Part shown: piece by piece, positions 1 to 9,555 of the stretch
Layout: the number at the start of each line of letters is the position of its first letter
Position numbering within the stretch: the stretch's first letter is position 1
Assembly: GCA_021399395.1 (NCBI GenBank)
Contig: JAAFKJ010000119.1
Span: forward strand, 1 to 46,028
DNA from: Candidatus Heimdallarchaeota archaeon
GTDB taxonomy: Archaea > Asgardarchaeota > Heimdallarchaeia > Heimdallarchaeales > Heimdallarchaeaceae
DNA: 46,028 nt
Reading direction: 5' to 3'
The notes under the pieces: model-generated
Database searches by the model: none
The model's input: the letters and a program-made list of their open reading frames with translations, nothing else
What the model was told of the DNA's origin: nothing
Position numbers and translations under genes: made by a program

Positions 1-858
1 AATGTAACTTATTCACTAGTCTCAGCTGGTGAAGAAATCAGTCTTAATGCGTCATTTGCTCATTCCTTCGAAAAGGATATGGTGGTTCAAGTTCAAGCTT
101 TCATTCTTAATTATGATAATATGACTGATTCCTATAGATTTTTCACTGAAAATTGGTTTAACACTTTTACAGTTGCTGATGCATCTCCTATCATTGAGCT
201 AGAGATAACTGATTACGCCAATTATCTAAATAATATTCATTTATTCTGGAATACAACTGTACTTAATGGTAATATAACTGCCTTCGAAATTGATTGGGGT
301 GATTTATCTGGGATTGAAGTCGTTAATATCTCTGTACACAATTACTACCACAACTATTCGAGTGTAGGTGAATATGAGATTACAGTAACAGCATATGCAA
401 ATTTCCTGACTTCCAATTTAACAGCAAATCTGTTAATTGAACAAATTAGTCCTTCAAGCACCGTAAAAATTCTGACACCAGATGGTCGAGAACTTGAACC
501 AAATTCCACATATATACATGAAATAGAAGTGGAAACAAAACAACTCGATTTTAGAATAAATGGAAGTGATTCAGGTGGAAGTGGAATCCAAAGAATTATT
601 CTTTCAACTGATGAAGGAAATTCAGTTGAGATTCCTGAAGGTGGCGTGGTAACAATCCATTTTGTAGAATTAGGATTAAGAGAATTAACAATTACAGTTA
701 TTGATTTTGCAGGAAATGAAAATAGTGAATCATTCTTCATTAATCTAGTACTGAAAGAGTTACCTGGCGATTTTCCAGTGCCATACCCATTTGGAATAAC
801 AACCATTATAGGATTATTTTCAATCGCGATATTTACCTATCTTAAAAAGAAGAAATAA
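1..858 (+). CDS. 5'-truncated cell-surface protein with PKD/Ig-like domains and a C-terminal membrane anchor (CTERM-type sorting signal)
   Basis: Frame is open from base 1 (NVTYSLVSAGEE...), so the gene starts before the window. PKD-like motif IDWGD...HNYSSVGEYEITVTAY; Ig-like TITVIDFAGNE; many N-x-S/T sequons; C-terminus VPYPFG + hydrophobic helix + KKKK. Confidence 0.75.
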   Translation, partial: NVTYSLVSAGEEISLNASFAHSFEKDMVVQVQAFILNYDNMTDSYRFFTENWFNTFTVADASPIIELEITDYANYLNNIHLFWNTTVLNGNITAFEIDWGDLSGIEVVNISVHNYYHNYSSVGEYEITVTAYANFLTSNLTANLLIEQISPSSTVKILTPDGRELEPNSTYIHEIEVETKQLDFRINGSDSGGSGIQRIILSTDEGNSVEIPEGGVVTIHFVELGLRELTITVIDFAGNENSESFFINLVLKELPGDFPVPYPFGITTIIGLFSIAIFTYLKKKK

Positions 859-873
859 TTAGTTTCTTCCTAA

Positions 874-891
874 ATTTTTTATTTTTATTTT
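874..891 (+). terminator. Oligo-T tract, candidate archaeal intrinsic terminator
   Basis: T-runs immediately after the stop at 858, between convergent genes. Confidence 0.35.
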
Positions 892-937
892 AGAAAAAGA
901 GAGATGATATTAGTAACTCAACTTCTGCTATTACAAT

Positions 938-1324
938 TCATGCTTTCCAAGCAGTAGCTGAGATCTCAACATCAACATCTTTTGGCAATCTTCGTGCTTC
1001 AAAAGCAACTCTTGCTGGTGGATCTTCTACAAAGTATTGTGCAAATATCTCGTTCATTTTACCGAATTGCTCTAAATCCTTCAAGTAAACTCTGCATCTC
1101 ACAACATCTGAAAGGGTGTAATTGGCTGCTTCTAATATTGCTTTAATATTTTCTAAAACTTGTTTTGTAGCTGCTTGTATGTCACCGAAGATTATTTCAC
1201 CAGTCTCTGGATTAGCTGGAATCTGTCCAGCAACGAATAGAAAGTTACCAGCTTGTATCGCTTGAGAATAAGGTCCTACTGGAGCTGGAGCTTTATCTGT
1301 AAGAATAACTTTTTTTGATGTCAT
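938..1324 (-). CDS. ridA: RidA/YjgF/UK114 family enamine/imine deaminase
   Basis: [19 protein letters not shown] (catalytic Arg), LPKDVDVEI motifs; 128 aa. Confidence 0.93.
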   Translation of the reverse strand: MTSKKVILTDKAPAPVGPYSQAIQAGNFLFVAGQIPANPETGEIIFGDIQAATKQVLENIKAILEAANYTLSDVVRCRVYLKDLEQFGKMNEIFAQYFVEDPPARVAFEARRLPKDVDVEISATAWKA

Positions 1325-1361
1325 GGTTTAACGAAATTCAACCGCAACATAAAGTTTTTCC

Positions 1362-2249
1362 TTAGGATTTATTAGACCAAATTTCTAGAATTCTAAAAAT
1401 CAATCCAACTCCGAAATTTAGAGCAATTTTATTGGTCCTTGTATAACCTAGTTCTACAAAATCTACGTACTTTGATTTGGGAAGAAGAATGTTTAAAATT
1501 TCAACTAGAACGCTTGGAGTTATGCCAAAGGGTTCCATTGTAGCTACTGTAGGTACAAAGGCTTGATCTAATGCATCAGCGTCTATGCTTAGATAGATTG
1601 TTTTGAATCTCGAAGCAAATTCTCTAAGTGTTTCTAAACCCTCCCCCTTATTCTCTAGTAATTTTTGTGTTGAAATATAATTTGTAGTGTTTTCTTTCTG
1701 TATTTTATGAAACTCGGTAGAAGTTAATGTATAAGCATGACCACCAATGAATAACATCTGTTCCTTTTTCAATTCTAGCTCTTCTTTTAGATTTGTAAAC
1801 ACAGTCCCATGAGATTTGAAAATACCAGGGGGATATTCATCTGCTAAATCGGCATGAGCGTCAATCCAGATTAGAGCCGTGTCCTTGTCCCAAGGTGCAT
1901 TAATTAGTGTGTCATAAGTTATACTATGATCGCCACCTAAAACTAAGATTTTTGAATTAGTTTCAACAGATTTTTTCCAGATTTTTCCTATCTCTCTTTT
2001 CTGTTTTATAGGGTGTATATTACCTAAATCATAGAAATTAGTTTTTTCTTCGTTTATATCAAAATCTGTAGATATTCCGCTAAATTCAAGAGATTGTTTC
2101 CTTAAAGCTTCAGGAGCTTTTTTTGAACCTCCTCTAGTTGCTTTCACTCTTTCAAAAGGAACACCAAATAGAAATACAGATTCCTTATCATCGATAGCTT
2201 CAACATCATCAGCTTTAAAGAATCCTATGAAAGTATTTTTCATTTTCAA
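1362..2249 (-). CDS. Arginase/agmatinase (ureohydrolase) family protein
   Basis: GVPF, GGDHS, DAHAD, SHGT and SIDADALD metal-binding motifs all present. Confidence 0.88.
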   Translation of the reverse strand: MKMKNTFIGFFKADDVEAIDDKESVFLFGVPFERVKATRGGSKKAPEALRKQSLEFSGISTDFDINEEKTNFYDLGNIHPIKQKREIGKIWKKSVETNSKILVLGGDHSITYDTLINAPWDKDTALIWIDAHADLADEYPPGIFKSHGTVFTNLKEELELKKEQMLFIGGHAYTLTSTEFHKIQKENTTNYISTQKLLENKGEGLETLREFASRFKTIYLSIDADALDQAFVPTVATMEPFGITPSVLVEILNILLPKSKYVDFVELGYTRTNKIALNFGVGLIFRILEIWSNKS

Positions 2250-2286
2250 TTACTGCATTTGACTTAACAAATAAATCTGTTTTGTT

Positions 2287-4800
2287 TCATTGCTCTCTAA
2301 GATAATAATCAGGCGAAGTTACAAATCTCTTTTCATCATCTGTCTCTCCAACTTCAATATCAGTGTAAATATCTTCCATTATTTCTTTATCACTAATATC
2401 TGCAAGGATTTTTCTTTTATCAACAGAAATGATTCTTCCTAGTTCTATAGATTTTGGATTGAACTTCTCCATCGTCGCTTGCATTTCATCCAAATTGTTG
2501 ATTTTGCCAATTAGATTCATGAAAGTCATAACAATATCTGGTCTAAGGGCAACTTGTGGAGCAATGCTTAATTGTTTTCCAATTGAAATAGCTAGATTAT
2601 CAATGAAATTCTGATCATTCTCAAATAGGGACGCAGGTTTGCTGTTAATAAATGAAGCAATGAGAAGTAAATCTATTGAAGTCCATAAGTACAAAACTGG
2701 CTTTTCTTTTAGTTGTAAATTATATACTACACCAATTTCAGTACCTTTAACATTTTCCACAACCTTTCCTTCAAGATCAAACACCTCGTTTAATTCAAAA
2801 GAAGTTGCTCCAAAACTAATTTGTATGGAATTTCCAACGATTCTTACATTACCTAATGAATAAAGAATGAATTTAGAATTTTCTACACTATCAGGAAGAA
2901 TTCCTGTATTCTTTTCACTAAGTATGCGCTTTAGCATGTCAATTTCTTGTATGTCTTCCTCATTACGATTATATTCTTCTGAGAATTCTTTGATTATATT
3001 ATCTCTCTTTTCTGTTATTGTAATCTCAGAAGTGAACATTGGTCCTATCTCTTCTTCTTCATGTAGGATATCGTATATTTGTTTGTATAAATCTAATGCA
3101 ATGTATTTTTTTTCAACTACAAGGAAATAGCCTTTCATAGGGTGATATATAACAGAATGAGCCTTACCAATCCTTTGATTGAAAATATTCCTTACAGTAA
3201 TTTCTTCACTCTCAGTAATCCTTGAACTAATAACATTACTCTCTGTTGGATTGAAGAACGGAAGAATATCTCCATTTTTAATGACCTTCTGACTATCTAT
3301 CTTTATCTCTCTAGCTGTTTTTTCTACTGACGAATTAGGGAAGAAAAGGTAGTGTTCAGTTTGAGTAATGACATCTTTCAATTCTTTAGTTAAAGGTGAT
3401 TCTATTCTTCTGCAATATTCGATTACTGCATCTGGAACTAAATATGTGAAGGTCATTTGTGGAATAGTTTTTGGTAATTCATTAAGCAGAAATTCCTTCT
3501 TCTCCAATTCCGACTCTAGTTCAGCTTCCTTTCCTGTAGGAGAAACAATATGATCGAAAATTCTTCTGATCATTGACAATGAAATTTCTCGCTGTTGTTT
3601 TACAATTATTCCAAATTCCTCATTGAATTGTCCTGGACCTACCACAAATCCTACTAGATCACTTTGTTCATCAATGACTGGTTTTCCTGAATAGCGCCAT
3701 AGTGCCTTCAGTTCAGATAACAATTGGTAATCTATCTCTCTGCTTGAAGCACTGGTTGCTACAGCTAATCTTTGTTTGAGTTGTCTTGAACTGATGATTT
3801 CACTGTATCTTTGGATCCTAACCTCTGTTTTAAGTGATAAATCTTTGAAATATGGTGTGATTATTTCTTGATATTTTAAGTGCTCTCCATAAATCTGATC
3901 CATTGCATCAAGATCTTTTGAATAATCATTTATATCATCATCAAGAAGTTCTTCATATATCTCCAGTTGTCTAATGCTCCTATCTGCATCATCTTTCTGT
4001 GATTGTGAGATTCTGTCTTGGTTATTATCTTTGAATAATCTAAATTTTTCTCTCTCTTGTTGAATAATTACCTTCCATTTGAGGGTGTCTTGTGCAGCTT
4101 TCTTTAATATTGGGCGATGACGAATAACCCTTTCATTTATGTCATAGATGATACCCTTGAGTTCTTTCTTATCTGTAGTCATTCTTCTTAATCTGTTAAT
4201 ATTCTCACTCAGTTCGTTGTTAAAAAGCAGAAAATTGTTGTGAGTGTTTTTATAAAGATGTTCTACATTAACTGAAAATAACAATTCAGAAAGCTTGTAG
4301 AAATGCTGAAACACTTTATGTTGTTTTGCTTCAACTTCATTTTTCTTTTTCATATACTCTTGATCATCAATTTTATTTGTAACATACTCCTGTTCAAGTT
4401 CCATCTCTTCTTCAAAGGTTCTTGTTGCAGCTTTTATTGCCATATGCATTACATATCTGATCTTAAGCTCCTCTATTTCTACAGGTGGAATCTCCTCTAA
4501 CTCCATTTCAGGAAATTGAATGTCCGTTTCTATCTCAGTTGGTGCAGCTTGAATAATTTCTCCACTTTCGATTTCTTGAATATCTATTTCAACTTCTGGC
4601 AAAATCTGTTTAGAGTCTTGCATTGACACTTCATCTTGAGATGCTAGGCCTGAAGGTAAACTAGACAGAATTTCTTTATATTTGTTTTTTAAAGTTTGAT
4701 AAGTTCTTCTATCAATAGAACCTCTAATATAACGTAAATCAAGATCTCTGATGAACCTGAGAATCCTTCTTTTCTTTAAATTGATATCATCGTCAGACAT
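2287..4800 (-). CDS. 837-aa protein: N-terminal CdvA/SHOCT-like helical motifs and coiled coil, then three PRC-barrel-like repeats with helical insertions
   Basis: YIRGSIDRRTY and YVTNKIDDQEY motifs; repeats GKPVIDEQSDLVGFV, ITVRNIFNQRIGKA and GKVVENVKGTEIGVV match the PRC-barrel start (Gk.V.d..G..iG.V). Confidence 0.6.
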   Translation of the reverse strand: MSDDDINLKKRRILRFIRDLDLRYIRGSIDRRTYQTLKNKYKEILSSLPSGLASQDEVSMQDSKQILPEVEIDIQEIESGEIIQAAPTEIETDIQFPEMELEEIPPVEIEELKIRYVMHMAIKAATRTFEEEMELEQEYVTNKIDDQEYMKKKNEVEAKQHKVFQHFYKLSELLFSVNVEHLYKNTHNNFLLFNNELSENINRLRRMTTDKKELKGIIYDINERVIRHRPILKKAAQDTLKWKVIIQQEREKFRLFKDNNQDRISQSQKDDADRSIRQLEIYEELLDDDINDYSKDLDAMDQIYGEHLKYQEIITPYFKDLSLKTEVRIQRYSEIISSRQLKQRLAVATSASSREIDYQLLSELKALWRYSGKPVIDEQSDLVGFVVGPGQFNEEFGIIVKQQREISLSMIRRIFDHIVSPTGKEAELESELEKKEFLLNELPKTIPQMTFTYLVPDAVIEYCRRIESPLTKELKDVITQTEHYLFFPNSSVEKTAREIKIDSQKVIKNGDILPFFNPTESNVISSRITESEEITVRNIFNQRIGKAHSVIYHPMKGYFLVVEKKYIALDLYKQIYDILHEEEEIGPMFTSEITITEKRDNIIKEFSEEYNRNEEDIQEIDMLKRILSEKNTGILPDSVENSKFILYSLGNVRIVGNSIQISFGATSFELNEVFDLEGKVVENVKGTEIGVVYNLQLKEKPVLYLWTSIDLLLIASFINSKPASLFENDQNFIDNLAISIGKQLSIAPQVALRPDIVMTFMNLIGKINNLDEMQATMEKFNPKSIELGRIISVDKRKILADISDKEIMEDIYTDIEVGETDDEKRFVTSPDYYLREQ

Positions 4801-4944
4801 TATTAAAGTAAAGTATAAGTTTCACCTACAAATATGTTACTAAAATATCAATTTGCAAATAAGCTTTGATTGTGACTGAAGATACCCCTAAGAAAACATT
4901 AATATTTAATATGAATCAATGAAATGCTGTAAGGGTGAATATTT

Positions 4945-5304
4945 ATGAGTTTTCAAGATGATGTACAAGCTTTAGCTGCCGAAGGAACAGTCGGCGTTGT
5001 CTGGTTAATGGGTGATGATTTAAAGTGCTACTATCAATATGGGGATTGGGCAGTAGATCCAACTATACCATTTAATGCATTTAAGAATCAAGTGGCTTCA
5101 ATAGATTTCGGTGGTGATTTAAGATTCACTGTGATTGCAATGACACCGGAAAGATTGGTTTCTAGTAACCTAGGGGGTCAAGGGCACATTATAGTCGCTA
5201 AATGCCCTTCCTGGGCAGGTTGTGTTATAGCTTGGTGTCCATCCAGTATTTCTAAGGATTATGCGTATGCTTCTACTGCAAGACTAGCAGCTAAAGTTGG
5301 ATAA
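4945..5304 (+). CDS. Asgard-type profilin (actin-monomer-binding protein)
   Basis: 119 aa; YQYGDW, RFTVIAMTPERLVSSNLGGQGHIIV and GCVIAW resemble Asgard profilin patterns (Q..nW; kY.v...t.ER.v.tN..G.GH). Confidence 0.8.
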   Translation: MSFQDDVQALAAEGTVGVVWLMGDDLKCYYQYGDWAVDPTIPFNAFKNQVASIDFGGDLRFTVIAMTPERLVSSNLGGQGHIIVAKCPSWAGCVIAWCPSSISKDYAYASTARLAAKVG

Positions 5305-5325
5305 TGATTCTCTTTTGGTGATTTT

Positions 5326-5616
5326 TTGTCTTCCCATCCTTCTTTAGTTGAAAAAGGGGAAGATGTTTTTCTTAAAATTCGTGCTCATCCTAATTCATCC
5401 AAGAAAGAAATTGTTTTCTCTGATTTTGATGTTGACATCTATGTGAATGAATCTCCTGAAAAAGGCAAAGCTAACAAAGCAATCATTAAATTGCTTTCGA
5501 AGTTTCTGAATATCTCCTCATCCTCAATTAAAATAGTTAAAGGGTCAAAATCTCAAACAAAAACTATCCTAATGAAAGGAATAAAAATTGACCATATTTT
5601 GGAAAAAACAACATGA
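5326..5616 (+). CDS. DUF167 (YggU/UPF0235) family protein
   Basis: IRAHPNS, SPEKGKANKAIIKLLSK, IVKGSKSQTK signature; TTG start. Confidence 0.88.
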   Translation: MSSHPSLVEKGEDVFLKIRAHPNSSKKEIVFSDFDVDIYVNESPEKGKANKAIIKLLSKFLNISSSSIKIVKGSKSQTKTILMKGIKIDHILEKTT

Positions 5617-5617
5617 A

Positions 5618-6184
5618 TTAAAGTTTCATTTTTTCGAAAGCTCTAATTAACTCGTTTCTTTCTGTGAATTTTTCGTGTAGGTTTGAACTTAGATTCATTA
5701 GATTAGCAATACTTGTTTCGACTGTATCTAACATCATCTCTTCTAAGTTAATCTTTATTTCAGTGATTTTATCCTTAAATTCTTCTGAATTATCGAGAAT
5801 ATCAATTTCCAGTAGATACATAATAGAAAGATCAATACCATGTTCCCCTTCAACCTCGACTACATCAAAAAATGTACTATATTTGTAATCGGTATCTGCG
5901 CTTTCTTTTCTCAGATCGCTTATTGTTTTAGATACAATACCTGCAGGTCCCCAACTTGTTAGAAGTTGTGAATGTATAAGCAATTCGTGAACTTGACTCA
6001 TCATATCACTAGTTTCTCTCAGAATAGTAATTAATTTAGTCCTAAATGCTTTGTCTGTATTCTTTCTATACTCTAGAGCTTTATACCCTAGATACCCCCC
6101 GATATTAGATCTGAGAATCTTCAAAGCCTCACTTGGAGCTTCTGCTAAAGCTGAATCTGATATGTCTTTCTTTTTACCAAACAT
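5618..6184 (-). CDS. Conserved hypothetical all-helical protein
   Basis: IGGYLGY...EYRKNTDKAFR resembles the IPGF.GY...E.RR..D..LR motif of an uncharacterised prokaryotic family; follows lig with a 22-bp gap. Confidence 0.6.
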   Translation of the reverse strand: MFGKKKDISDSALAEAPSEALKILRSNIGGYLGYKALEYRKNTDKAFRTKLITILRETSDMMSQVHELLIHSQLLTSWGPAGIVSKTISDLRKESADTDYKYSTFFDVVEVEGEHGIDLSIMYLLEIDILDNSEEFKDKITEIKINLEEMMLDTVETSIANLMNLSSNLHEKFTERNELIRAFEKMKL

Positions 6185-6206
6185 TTGTATTCACTTCTAT
6201 TTTGTT

Positions 6207-7979
6207 TTATTGCTTTAAATATATTGTGCGTATTTCTTCATTTGAAGTTGCTTGTTCAGGAGGTCTATCATCAACCAACTTTCCAGTAAATCGTGGAAAA
6301 CGGAGTGCTAAACCATCATTTTCATTCTCAAAATATCCTCTTGAGCAAGTATGCATCTGACTTCTTGTTATTTCTGCACCAGTAACCTCAATTACAATCC
6401 TTGGATCAAACCAAACACTGCAATCAATATCGCTAAGTACTTCTTTTGGTTTTTCTCTTGCTAGAGGTTTAAGGAGTTTAAAGTAATAAGCAAGATCATC
6501 GTCTGAAAATCCTGTTGCAACCCGTGTAAAAGTCTGATAGATACTTTCTTCAACATCAAAGCAACCAAGAAGAAAAGTGCCATACTTACCTGCCCTTTTT
6601 CCCTTTCCATATTCAGCTCCAAGAATAACTAAATCAAACGAATCAGATAATTTGTCCACATAATCTGCTTTGTATTTAACCCAGTTCCAACCGCGTGCCC
6701 CGGCTTGATAAACAGAATTCTGCCCTACACTTTTACCCATTACTCCTTCACAGCTGTTTTCTAGAGCTTGATGAAAGAAATCATCGATTTCATCTGTATT
6801 TTCAGCTATAATTTGGTGAGAGAACCGAATATTTTCTGTTTCTTTAATTACTTTGAACAGAATCTCTCTTCTCTGCAAATAATCTTCATCAAGAAAAACT
6901 CTATTTTCAGCAAAAAGTGCATCAAAAAGATAAACTCTTACAGGAATTTCAGAGATTTTCTGTTCAATATCGTGTTTTCTCTTTCTTTGTGAAACATATT
7001 GAAAAGGAAGGATTTTTTCATTTTTCAGATCAAATGCTACAATCTCACCTTCAATAATGAAATCTTCTTGCTCTGCAGACTCCTTTATGAATTCAATCAC
7101 ATCAGGAAATTGTTCGGTGATATCTTCTGGTCTTCTAGAGAACAACTTCACTTTGTCTGCTTTTTTATGTATCTGAACTCTTAATCCATCATATTTGTAT
7201 TCTAACGATACTTTACCTTCAAATTTCTCAAGTATTTCATCAGCACTTGAAACTCTTTGAGCTAGCATAACTTTTATGGGATTCATAATTTGAACTTTGA
7301 TTTCTTCAACAGACTGTATTCCTTCTTTGTATAATTTCTCTGAGATAAAACTAATATCAGATGTAAGATTATATGCCCTTTCGAGAATGTTTTTCTTTTC
7401 TCTAGTACCAGTTTTTGCCTTTGAAAGTGCTTCTAGAAGGAGTTGTACTGCAACACCTAAACGTAGTTGACCGACTACCATTCTAGTAATGAATCTAGCT
7501 TCTAAAGGACTAACTTTAGATATTAAACCTGATAAAATTCTAATTTTCTTGTCAGAGGAACCCTCTCCTTTAGTTTGAGCTATGGAATCTAATTTTGTCC
7601 AGACATCAATTATTTCATACTCAGTATCATCTTTCTGTGTTGTGAAAGAAAGAAGTGTGGATTGTGATTTTTTCTCTAATAATGTTTGAGTGGTTTTCCC
7701 TAAATCTCCAACTTCCTCAACAATCTGAGCAACACTCTTTTCATTTTTGCCAGTAGCTACGGCTAATGCTTTTATAGCCATTTTTTCGGCTAACATTAGT
7801 TCAATACCCACAAAGTCTGGATAGATTTTACCTAATGTTAAAAGCGCTATCTTACCAATTTCCTCATTAGAAGCTTTGGAGAGTGTGTTTGCTAGAATGT
7901 CAACCATTTCAAGTTTTTTCTGTGTACTTTCTAATTTGGAATAACACTCGCTAAGTTCTCTGAATCTCAAAACTATCAA
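6207..7979 (-). CDS. lig: ATP-dependent DNA ligase (archaeal/eukaryotic LigI type)
   Basis: Motif I EYKYDGLRVQ, EGEIV, YLFD, EGVMGK, WVKYKADY, LALRFPRF; N-terminal DNA-binding domain. Confidence 0.97.
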   Translation of the reverse strand: MIVLRFRELSECYSKLESTQKKLEMVDILANTLSKASNEEIGKIALLTLGKIYPDFVGIELMLAEKMAIKALAVATGKNEKSVAQIVEEVGDLGKTTQTLLEKKSQSTLLSFTTQKDDTEYEIIDVWTKLDSIAQTKGEGSSDKKIRILSGLISKVSPLEARFITRMVVGQLRLGVAVQLLLEALSKAKTGTREKKNILERAYNLTSDISFISEKLYKEGIQSVEEIKVQIMNPIKVMLAQRVSSADEILEKFEGKVSLEYKYDGLRVQIHKKADKVKLFSRRPEDITEQFPDVIEFIKESAEQEDFIIEGEIVAFDLKNEKILPFQYVSQRKRKHDIEQKISEIPVRVYLFDALFAENRVFLDEDYLQRREILFKVIKETENIRFSHQIIAENTDEIDDFFHQALENSCEGVMGKSVGQNSVYQAGARGWNWVKYKADYVDKLSDSFDLVILGAEYGKGKRAGKYGTFLLGCFDVEESIYQTFTRVATGFSDDDLAYYFKLLKPLAREKPKEVLSDIDCSVWFDPRIVIEVTGAEITRSQMHTCSRGYFENENDGLALRFPRFTGKLVDDRPPEQATSNEEIRTIYLKQ

Positions 7980-7982
7980 ACC

Positions 7983-9368
7983 TTAGAAGATTTTTCTTTT
8001 ACCTTTCTGTTCTTTTAGTTCAAGAACAATCTCGCTCATAAGATGTATAAGATTTGCACTTAAAACATCGACAGAATTTTTTAGTTCTCGTATGGATTGA
8101 ATTAGATCTCCCATCATTTGTGACTGGGTTGTTGAGTCTACAGCTTTGGGTTCTGGCTTTAAAGATTCAAGTCTTTGATCAAAAATCATCAAATCTTTCT
8201 CAAATTGATCCATTTCAGGAGTTCTTGGCTCAGGTATAGAAGATATATCAGCTTTAGATCTTTTTCTGTCTTCTTTCTTTTGCTTGTCTCGTTGGGATTT
8301 TTCTTTCATCTTCTCCATATAGGGAAGAACCTGTGAGTAGTCAATCCCTTCCCTTCTAGCCATATCAGTGAGTAATATATCCCTGTATCCTTGATCTTCA
8401 ATTTTCAGCTCATCAATTTCTTTTTCCAACTCTTGGATAATTGCTATAGCTTCATAGATATCAGTTTTTGACATCTTTTGATCTACTTCTTTAGTCTCAG
8501 TACGTGTGGACTTAACCTCAGCTCTTAAGGTTTGCATTGCTTTGATAACTTCAGTCTTAACGTGATCAGTTTCTCCTTTGTTGAGTGCCTCTTTAACCAT
8601 CTCAATTTTACTGACTGCTTCATAAGGTTCTTTTTCCACTTCAGTGGATTCTTCAACTAACTCTTCTTCAATGGTTTCTTCACCTAGAGACATTGGGGGA
8701 GTTCCGATATGAGCAAAAATATTTTTTGCAAAAGTCGCATTATCTCTGAGGTCTAAACCAGCTTTCTTATCAGAAAAGATTAAGTATGATCCACAAACAA
8801 AAATTGTTCCCAAACCATAAGATGTAATCGCAGCTACTGCACTACTTGGTGGATCACTAGAACTACTAGTTCGAGCTAATTCTGTATCTCCTTCCTCTAG
8901 TTGTAGAGAACAACTTGAAACTAGAACTATCTCTTTTAAGCCGTCTGTAATGGGGTGTTGATAGAATTTAGAGACTACAGCATTACTCTCTAATTCCAAT
9001 TCGTAATTCTCATAATCGAAAATCTGATTTGAAACTGTAGCTATTTTGAAGTGCTTTAACAGCGTATTTAGATTGGTATTTAGACCTTTATCTCCACCTG
9101 CATTTGCAAAAATAGCTATTGCTCCACCTTCATCAACAAAACGCAATAAAGCTTTGACTTCATGACCATATAGTTTACTTGAATCAGGACAGAGAAGGAC
9201 AAGTATGTCATACTCTGTGATATTTGTGTATTTGATAGGATAAGAATCGTATCTGGATATTTCATGGCCTTCCTTTTCTAGAAGTTCACTAAGTTTTTGA
9301 AAATTATCGTGTATTTTTCCCCTTTCCTTTTGAGTTTCATCAAATAATATCCTCATATAAACACCCAT
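7983..9368 (-). CDS. GIFT (IFT52/GldG, class-I GATase-like) domain protein with acidic coiled-coil C-terminal half
   Basis: ILFDETQKE...ILVLLCP...EVKALLRFVDEGG...GGDKGLNTNLNTLLKHF...HPITDGL; no signal peptide or TM segment. Confidence 0.65.
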   Translation of the reverse strand: MGVYMRILFDETQKERGKIHDNFQKLSELLEKEGHEISRYDSYPIKYTNITEYDILVLLCPDSSKLYGHEVKALLRFVDEGGAIAIFANAGGDKGLNTNLNTLLKHFKIATVSNQIFDYENYELELESNAVVSKFYQHPITDGLKEIVLVSSCSLQLEEGDTELARTSSSSDPPSSAVAAITSYGLGTIFVCGSYLIFSDKKAGLDLRDNATFAKNIFAHIGTPPMSLGEETIEEELVEESTEVEKEPYEAVSKIEMVKEALNKGETDHVKTEVIKAMQTLRAEVKSTRTETKEVDQKMSKTDIYEAIAIIQELEKEIDELKIEDQGYRDILLTDMARREGIDYSQVLPYMEKMKEKSQRDKQKKEDRKRSKADISSIPEPRTPEMDQFEKDLMIFDQRLESLKPEPKAVDSTTQSQMMGDLIQSIRELKNSVDVLSANLIHLMSEIVLELKEQKGKRKIF

Positions 9369-9555
9369 TTTTCTGCAAGAAATTCTTTTCTCTTTTTATA
9401 TTTACAAGTTAAATCTTCATAATTATTAATGTTGTCGATATATTGCTGCTGTTGGTAGGTTTTTAAACAAAACGAACTAAATTTTAGCAGAATATCTCAT
9501 TTTGAGTAGTAAAGAATAAAAACCTCTATACAAAACAATATCATCCGGTGATTGA

